This document shows positions 57,757 to 64,000 of a stretch of DNA of 64,000 nucleotides, piece after piece. The notes beneath the pieces were generated by a model. The model did no database searches. It was not told where the DNA came from and was given only the letters and a program-made list of their open reading frames with translations. The position numbers and the translations under genes are program-made. Source of the stretch: Ostreococcus lucimarinus (taxonomy: Eukaryota); assembly GCA_000092065.1 (NCBI GenBank), contig CP000583.1. One strand, 5' to 3'. Numbering within the stretch: position 1 is the first letter of the stretch; each line of letters starts with the position of its first letter.

Positions 57757-58749
57757 CTATTCTCCCACGGTCATCCCGAATCCGAACTTGTGGTTTTTGT
57801 TGAAGTGATCGACCTCGGCGGAGAGGATGAGGTTCAACCCGACGTTGAGGCGCTCCTCGAGGTAGGTGGAGACGACGCCGTGGTTGTCAATGCGGCCGCG
57901 AATTCTGCACTGGCGCAAGATGTAATCGTATCCCACGCTCGCTTGTGCGCTACGTTGGTTCCAGTTCCACAAGAAATCGCTCGCCAGCATCGCCTTCTCG
58001 CTAACTTTGGTGCAATACGTGAGCGACAACAGCCCAGTCGTGGCGATTTGCCCGGTGGCGACGGTTTTGTCATCCGCGTATCTCGCCGCGAACCCGACCC
58101 CGGACTTGCCCTGAGTACCCAAATAGAAACCTTCCCCACCCAAGGACAGCGTCGGCGTGACGCTCTGCAAGTAGTTCACCCCGTAAAACTTTCCGCTCCC
58201 GTACTTCAACTGCGCCTGGTAATCCAAACCCTTGAAGTCGGCGTCAAACATCACTTGCGAAAACCCCGGCTCCTTGGTCGATTGCAACTTAAGCGACAAC
58301 CAATCGCTCAAGTCATACTTCACCCTACCACTCACTCTACCATCCGTCAGAATTCTCCCCACGAGCATGTAATCCTGATCGACCACGTTTGCCCCAAACT
58401 CGTACGTCGACGTCGGCAGCTTGACAATCTGCCCTTGCGCCGGCACCTCCACGTTCCCGAGAAAGAACCCGTGGCTCAAGAAGAACTTCTGATTCAGCTG
58501 TTTGTTATAATCAAACCTCGCGCCCTCGAACAGATCCGCCTTCAGCGACATCATCACCTCTCTTTGCATCTCCTCGTACTTCACCGGGCAGGGCAAATCG
58601 CCGTAGTCGACGCGTCCCGTGCGCGGTCCATCGCCGGTTTTCGCCGCGTTCGCCGCCGCTTCCGCCGCGGCGTCGTCGGCGGCGTCGTCGGCGTTCGTCA
58701 TCGGCGGCATCACCGCCGCGGATTCCATGCGCGACGTCGTCAGCCCCAT
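57757..58749 (-). CDS. TOM40: Mitochondrial outer-membrane import channel TOM40 (eukaryotic porin family).
   Basis: YLQSVTPTLSLGGE and C-terminal FGFGMTVGE match the TOM40 beta-barrel signature. ATG at 58747-58749. Confidence 0.8.
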   Translation of the reverse strand: MGLTTSRMESAAVMPPMTNADDAADDAAAEAAANAAKTGDGPRTGRVDYGDLPCPVKYEEMQREVMMSLKADLFEGARFDYNKQLNQKFFLSHGFFLGNVEVPAQGQIVKLPTSTYEFGANVVDQDYMLVGRILTDGRVSGRVKYDLSDWLSLKLQSTKEPGFSQVMFDADFKGLDYQAQLKYGSGKFYGVNYLQSVTPTLSLGGEGFYLGTQGKSGVGFAARYADDKTVATGQIATTGLLSLTYCTKVSEKAMLASDFLWNWNQRSAQASVGYDYILRQCRIRGRIDNHGVVSTYLEERLNVGLNLILSAEVDHFNKNHKFGFGMTVGE

Positions 58750-58992
58750 GATCGCGCCGCGTACTGCCGCCGCGATCGATCGACGCGATCGTCCGCGCGG
58801 ACGCGTCGGTCGCGCGCGCGCGCGCCGAAGCTCGCGCCGTCGTTCGATCGTCGACGACGAACCTCGAGACGAGGGTCGACGCGATCGCGATTCGAATGAT
58901 GGTCCGTGTGATGCTTCGATCGACGTGAGACGTCGTGCAGTCGCGCCCGGTCGCGCGATCCGTCTCTTCGACGCGCGCGTGAACCCAGAGCC

Positions 58993-59938
58993 ATGGCGCG
59001 ACGACCGGCGAAATGCTATCGCGTGATTAAGAACAAACCGTACCCGAAGTCTCGTTACTGCCGGGGCGTGCCGGGTGCGTGCGGTGACGCGACGACGCGC
59101 GCGGAACGAGCGATCGAATAACCCTAAAACGAACGCGCGACTGACGACGAACGCGCGACGCGTGCGATGATGCGCAGATCCTAAGATTCGCATTTACGAT
59201 GCGGGGATGAAGAAGTATTCGTGCGACGCGTTCCCGGCGTGCGTGCACCTCGTGAGGTACGTATCGAGCGATGACGCGCGCGTGATGATGGGCGCGAGAG
59301 ACCTAAACCGTGCGCGGAGCGCAGGGACGGTGATGCGCGTGGGGGGACGCGCGCGACGCGTGCGATGGGTGACGGAGGATGAGGACTGACGAGACGTTAT
59401 TTTTACATCGACGCGCAGTTTCGAAAAGGAGCAAATCGGCTCTGAGGCGATGGAGGCGGGACGTATCGCGGCGAACAAGTACATGGTGACCAAGGCTGGG
59501 AAGGAAGGTTTCCACCTTCGCGTGCGCTTGCACCCGTTCCACGTGTTGCGCATCAACAAGATGTTGTCGTGCGCGGGTGCGGATCGCTTGCAAACGGGTA
59601 TGCGTGGTGCGTACGGTAAGCCGCAAGGTGTCGCCGCGCGAGTGTCCATTGGTCAAATCATGTTGTCGATTCGAACCAAGGATGTGCACGCGGACAAGGC
59701 TGTCGAGGCGTTCCGTCGTGCCAAGCACAAGTTCCCGGGCCGCCAAAAGATTGTCAAGTCTAAGCAGTGGGGTTTCACGAAGTACTCCCGCGATGACTAC
59801 ATGAAGTGGAAGGATCAAGGCCGCATTGAGCCGGATGGTGTCAACGCGAAGATCGTCCAACACCACGGTCCGCTCGCGGCCAAGCCGGCGAGCCAACTCT
59901 TCCTCAACGCGGCTCGCAGGTACAAGGTTGCCCTTTAA
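58993..59938 (+). CDS. RPL10: 60S ribosomal protein L10 (uL16, QM). Three exons: join(58993..59074, 59178..59256, 59419..59938).
   Basis: Exon 1 [27 protein letters not shown]; exon 2 [27 protein letters not shown]; exon 3 [22 protein letters not shown]...[31 protein letters not shown]. Donors GTGCGT and GTACGT. Acceptors gcgcag and cgcgcag. Confidence 0.85.
59075..59177 (+). other. RPL10 intron 1 (103 nt).
   Basis: G|GTGCGT donor, ctgac branch, gatgcgcag acceptor. Confidence 0.6.
59257..59418 (+). other. RPL10 intron 2 (162 nt).
   Basis: AG|GTACGT donor, ggactgac branch about 30 nt upstream of the cgcgcag acceptor. Confidence 0.6.
59275..59395 (+). ncRNA. Candidate intronic box C/D snoRNA within RPL10 intron 2.
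   Basis: C-box-like TGATGA at 59283-59288 (preceded by ATGA), an internal GTGATG C'-like box near 59328, and a D-box CTGA at 59386-59389 close to the intron 3' end. The spacing is about 100 nt. The CTGA also overlaps the putative branch point. Confidence 0.2.
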
Positions 59939-60058
59939 GTGGATCAAACTTTTAGAAGTTTGAGCTTTTTAGAAGTTTGTGATCGTGAACTTATCGAGTT
60001 TTCGTAAAAAAATGCGTCTCCACTTACAAATACAACCGCGCTAATGCGTTAGATTTAC

Positions 60059-61552
60059 TCACGGCTCGCCCGCCGCGAGTCGACAACCGATGAGCTGATA
60101 GTACGTGTCGCTCGAACGCACGCGTTCACCGTCAACTAATCGAACGGAAACCGCAGAATCGTTCGATTTCGGTGCTCCCACGCACTCGAGCCGGCCACAG
60201 AACATGAACTGTCCCGGCGGACGGCGCACGAAGAGCAACGCATTGTCCGTCGCTTCGCCCGCGGATTCAGGCGTGAGTTCTGCGGACTTCGATCGCCCAA
60301 CGCGAGCAATGTCACTATCGTGAGCGCCTGCCGCTTTTCCGTCCCATGTCATGTACAGCTCGCCGTCGCGTTCCCAGAAAGACGTAGGGCCTCTTGTCTG
60401 CGGTTTGCCTACAGAGACGAATAGGGAAATCGCGTTCGCCCAAGTGTCTACGTTGCGCCCGTCGTTCTTCGTGCGAATGGGAGTATCGCCAGAGAGCAAA
60501 TCGACGGCGCCTTTTCGACCGCTCACAAGCGTCTTTCCCACACTTTCTAACGAATTCACGACGTCTGCGGTGGCTTTTTCGATTGGGGTCTCGCGCGCGA
60601 ACTGACACGGCTTACCTTGCCCACCCCTCTTAGCCGCCTTCTTCGCCTGCTTCTGAGCCAACGCGCGCACTTTTTTCACCTTTCTCGGAAGTCCTCGAAG
60701 AGGTTCACCTAGCTCGACGACCGTGCGTAGTACGCGCGGGATCTCCGCCTCGTCCTCTATCATAGTTAGGCACTTGTCAAAAATCAAACACAAGCTGTAC
60801 CCATCCGCCGCAGCGTACGCCATCTGGCTTTCCGTGAGCGGTCGTTTCCCCCAGTCACTGCACTGTTCTTTTTTATCCAATAAACACCCTATAACCTGTC
60901 GCGTCAGCACAGCCAATCCACAACGCAAAGGCGTTTTATTCGGCATCGCCGCATACGCCAATTGTTTCACGTCGACAAGATTTCGACTCTTCTCTTCCCA
61001 AACACTCAGATGAGAGTAAGACGCCTTCATACGTTTGACATCGTACGCAAAACTAAACCCAAGTTTGTACACGCCCTCGCTCCAAAGCACGGCTTTTAAG
61101 AGCTCATCCGTCGCCACATTTAACGACTCGCCCGCGCTCCGCGGCGCTGTAGCCAGTAAATCAATCAAAAACACCTCCTCTCGCGTCGCGATTTGCAACA
61201 GTGCCACGGGAGTATTATCCCCAGGTCGCCACTCCGCGTCCAGTCCCAAACACGGGGGCGTTCGCACGCTCGTCGACGTCTCGTTTTCATCCGTCCCGGC
61301 CGCCGCGAGCGCGAGCACGACCTCCGTCGCGCGCTTCAGCCCGTCGACGTCGTCGACCCAATACACGCGATCTTCCGGTACGTTGGGCAGTGGAGTGTAT
61401 CGGTCGTTCTTTTTCGCGTTCGGCGCCGTCGTAGGCGCACTCGGAATGACGGCATTCGCGCGAATGCTTTGCGCCCGGCGGCTGCTTTTCGGCGACTGCC
61501 GTTGACGCGCATGCGCGGTGAACGGCGACGCGCGCGCGGCGGTGACGCGCAT
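60059..61552 (-). CDS. 3'-5' exonuclease-domain protein (DEDDy, WRN-exonuclease/Mut-7-like) with a C-terminal domain of unknown function.
   Basis: CLGLDAEW...VALLQIATREEVFLIDLL...YAAADGYSLCLIF has the Exo I, II and III motifs. Confidence 0.65.
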   Translation of the reverse strand: MRVTAARASPFTAHARQRQSPKSSRRAQSIRANAVIPSAPTTAPNAKKNDRYTPLPNVPEDRVYWVDDVDGLKRATEVVLALAAAGTDENETSTSVRTPPCLGLDAEWRPGDNTPVALLQIATREEVFLIDLLATAPRSAGESLNVATDELLKAVLWSEGVYKLGFSFAYDVKRMKASYSHLSVWEEKSRNLVDVKQLAYAAMPNKTPLRCGLAVLTRQVIGCLLDKKEQCSDWGKRPLTESQMAYAAADGYSLCLIFDKCLTMIEDEAEIPRVLRTVVELGEPLRGLPRKVKKVRALAQKQAKKAAKRGGQGKPCQFARETPIEKATADVVNSLESVGKTLVSGRKGAVDLLSGDTPIRTKNDGRNVDTWANAISLFVSVGKPQTRGPTSFWERDGELYMTWDGKAAGAHDSDIARVGRSKSAELTPESAGEATDNALLFVRRPPGQFMFCGRLECVGAPKSNDSAVSVRLVDGERVRSSDTYYQLIGCRLAAGEP

Positions 61553-61677
61553 TTAGAGCGTGTGACTCCGGCGTCCTCGCTCGTCGACGACGGACTAGCG
61601 TCGACTCGTAGGACGCGGCGAAGTGCAGACGGCGCGAGAGGGCGGAGACGCAACGCGTGCTACGTAATGTTACACAT

Positions 61678-62868
61678 CTAAGGTTTGTTTTGCCGACGCT
61701 GCGCGGTGCGCATTTCGGCCCATTTAGGTGCTTTAGGGGCTTGTTTCATTTTTGTCGTCTCCGAATGACGCTTGAAATCGCCCTTTGGGGCGTTCGCGGG
61801 CGCTTCCATGTTTGGCGCCGTTTTGTACATTTCCAAGAGCTTGCGCTTGACGTCGTCGTCTCTCACACCGACGTTGCTCATCTTTTTTGAACTGTTCCAT
61901 CGCGCTGCGATGGCCATCTCTTGGAGTATTTCTTTTTCTCCCTGACTCGCCTTACGAAGCTCCTCCACGAAGGCTTTGGCGGTGACGACGTACGCCCCCG
62001 TCCCTCTCGCGATCGAGCTCAACGCGTTATCCGAAGTCGCCACGTACACCACTCGATTGGACTTTTTATCGGCTCCAATCTCTTGCGCGACGCGCGCCTC
62101 TATCCACGAGTCCGCGTCGTTCTTCACGCTGTACACCGTCATGAATCCATCGACGTCGAGATCACCCTCGATCTCGTCCTCGTCTTTATCCCGGTTTCGA
62201 TCGGCGTCCCACACCAACGCCACGGCGTACCCGCTAAAGCTCTTAAAATCCATCACCTCCTTCGTCAGCGCGACTCGCGCCGCGTCCATGTCCCCTCGTC
62301 TAAACGCCGCATTCGCCTCCTCGACCCCATCCGCGCCCTCTAATCCGCACACGTTATACCCATCCACGAGCAACAACGGCGGCTCCCCGCCGCCGCTAAA
62401 TCGTTCCAGCTCGCTTCGCAGTCGCGCCTCGCGTTTCTTCTCCGCCCTTCGTCGCGCCAGCTCCGCCTCGTACGTTCGATCCCGCGTTCCATCCGCGCCT
62501 TTTCGTCTCCCTCCCTCGATCGGTTTCGCGCTCGTCCCGCTCGTCCCTCGCCCCGCGTTTGCCCTCGCGTTCGCGTTCGATCCGTCGCCGCCGCTCAGCG
62601 ACTTGAACCGCTCCACGAGCTTGATTTGCGTCGCGACGCTCATCCCGTTCGTCCGCTTCGTGATCCTCGGCGGCGGCGTCGACGACGCGTCCCTCGCGCC
62701 TCGATCGTCGCCCTCGCGTCGCTTGCCCTTGCTCGCGCGCGCCGCGACGTCGCCGCGTCGTCGCCGCGTCGACCTCGACGTCGACGTCCCGCTCGTCGTC
62801 ATCGCGCGCGCGACGCCCGCGCGCGACGCGCGCGACGCGCTCGACGGCGCGAAGACGTCGAGCGACAT
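61678..62868 (-). CDS. YacP-like NYN (PIN-like) domain protein with an Arg-rich N-terminal region.
   Basis: PLLLVDGYNVCG...VALVWDAD...VVYVATSDNAL is typical of NYN/YacP ribonuclease-like domains. ATG about 62868 (MSLDVF). Confidence 0.55.
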   Translation of the reverse strand: MSLDVFAPSSASRASRAGVARAMTTSGTSTSRSTRRRRGDVAARASKGKRREGDDRGARDASSTPPPRITKRTNGMSVATQIKLVERFKSLSGGDGSNANARANAGRGTSGTSAKPIEGGRRKGADGTRDRTYEAELARRRAEKKREARLRSELERFSGGGEPPLLLVDGYNVCGLEGADGVEEANAAFRRGDMDAARVALTKEVMDFKSFSGYAVALVWDADRNRDKDEDEIEGDLDVDGFMTVYSVKNDADSWIEARVAQEIGADKKSNRVVYVATSDNALSSIARGTGAYVVTAKAFVEELRKASQGEKEILQEMAIAARWNSSKKMSNVGVRDDDVKRKLLEMYKTAPNMEAPANAPKGDFKRHSETTKMKQAPKAPKWAEMRTAQRRQNKP

Positions 62869-62955
62869 CTCGCGCGTCGCTCGACGGCGCGTCGGCGCGC
62901 GGTCGCGCGAGCGAGGGCGCGAACGTCTGGCGCCGGCCGCACACGCGCGCGCGTC

Positions 62956-64000
62956 ATGACGACGCCGACGGCGACGACGACGACGGCGGCGACGCGCGCG
63001 AGCGCGAGCGCGAGGTCGAGCGACGCGCCGAGTTTGACGTTCGCCGCGATCGCGCGGAGCCTGATCGCGGGCGGCGTCGCGGGGGGAGTGTGCGTGCGAG
63101 CGATCGCGAGGCGGCTCGACGGCGGCTCGACGGGACGCATCTTGCTCGAAGACGCCGCGCGCGACGCGCGCGAGCGCGCGCGCGGCGTCCGCGAGGACGG
63201 TGAACGGCGCGACTGACGCGCGCGCGATCGCGAACGCAGGTCTCGAACGGCGGTGGCGCCGTTGGAGCGGTTGAAGATTTTGCAACAGGTGCGCGAGAGA
63301 CGCGAGACGCGAGACGACGACGACGACGAGGGATTTTCGACGCGACGCGACGCGCGAGCGCGACGAGGGACTGACGGTGCGCGCGCGCGCGCGATGAATC
63401 GTAGGTTTCGTCGAGTTCGGCGTATAATGGGGTGTATTCGGGGCTGTCGCACATGTGGAAGACGGAGGGCGTGAAAGGTTTGTTCAAAGGAAACGGCGCG
63501 AACTGCGTGAGAATCGTGCCGAATAGCGCGGTGAAGTTCTTTTGTTACGAACACATGGCCCACGGGTTGTTGGATTTGAGGCGAACGTTCGATAAAGACG
63601 CGGAGATGGATGTGTTGACGCGCTTGGGGGGGGGCGCCGGGGCGGGCATCGTCGCCATGTCGGCGACGTACCCTCTGGATATGATTCGAGGGCGATTGAC
63701 GGTGCAAAAGTCTGCGGCGGACGCCGCGAAGAGTGGGGGGGCAAATTATCGAGGTATTTATCACGCGTTTACGGTTATCGCGCAAAAGGAGGGTTTCGGG
63801 GCGTTCTACAAGGGATGGACGCCATCCGTCATCGGCGTAATCCCGTACGTGGGCTTAAACTTTGCCATTTACGAGACGCTCAAGGACCAGACGGTGAAGA
63901 TGCAAGGGTTGCGATCAGCGTCTGATTTGAGCGTTTTCGCGGGATTAGTCTGTGGGGGTGTCGCGGGTGCGGTCGGTCAAACCGTGGCCTATCCTTTCGA
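62956..64000 (+). CDS. Mitochondrial carrier family protein (SLC25). The 5' part has three exons so far: join(62956..63089, 63240..63288, 63405..>64000). It continues beyond the window.
   Basis: Exon 1 ends ...SLIAGGVAGG. Exon 2 (V)SRTAVAPLERLKILQQ. Exon 3 VSSSSAYNGVYSGLSHMWKTEGVKGLFKGNGANCVRIVPNSAVKF...GIYHAFTVIAQKEGFGAFYKGW. Carrier repeats are visible. Confidence 0.8.
63090..63239 (+). other. Mitochondrial-carrier intron 1 (150 nt).
   Basis: GT|GTGCGT donor in phase 2, gactgac branch, gaacgcag acceptor. Confidence 0.55.
63289..63404 (+). other. Mitochondrial-carrier intron 2 (116 nt).
   Basis: CAG|GTGCGC donor, ggactgac branch, aatcgtag acceptor. Confidence 0.5.

Overview
This window is a gene-dense eukaryotic nuclear region, not a prokaryotic one. 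I count about 40 protein-coding genes in 64 kb, most intronless or with 1-2 short introns (89-162 nt). Convergent gene ends are packed 60-170 bp apart and carry TGTAA poly(A)-type motifs. Intergenic spacers and 5' regions are extremely CpG-rich. The gene content points to a green-lineage picoalga (Mamiellophyceae-like; Ostreococcus or Micromonas would fit) with a primary plastid: Toc34, plastid FabZ, a Rubisco-LSMT-like SET methyltransferase, an LSD1-type zinc finger protein, and plastid-type presequences. This is inference from sequence only.

Genes I recognise with reasonable support: carotenoid cleavage dioxygenase (3' part), PGM-like histidine phosphatase, Toc34 (two exons), Pol III C11, a Gemin5-like WD40 protein, proteasome activator PA200/Blm10, FabZ (two exons), a DHCR7-like sterol reductase, Top3-alpha, a TBC Rab-GAP, NSUN5, a DUF1749 hydrolase, an FHA protein, a Vps15-like kinase, QPRTase, a saposin-like protein, FCP1 phosphatase, a double-HVA22/REEP protein, ARPC2, TECR, HAT1, XPB, a bromodomain protein, an S4-domain protein, TOM40, RPL10 (three exons), a 3'-5' exonuclease, a NYN-domain protein and a mitochondrial carrier (three or more exons, runs off the window).

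The supplied ORF track uses GTG/TTG as starts and over-extends many ORFs through (CGN)n-rich sequence. I re-anchored starts to in-frame ATGs where I could. No prokaryotic defence system or CRISPR array is present. The most interesting material is several orphan membrane proteins, a hidden small Cys-rich gene, re-spliced gene models, and the unusual inverted GC landscape.
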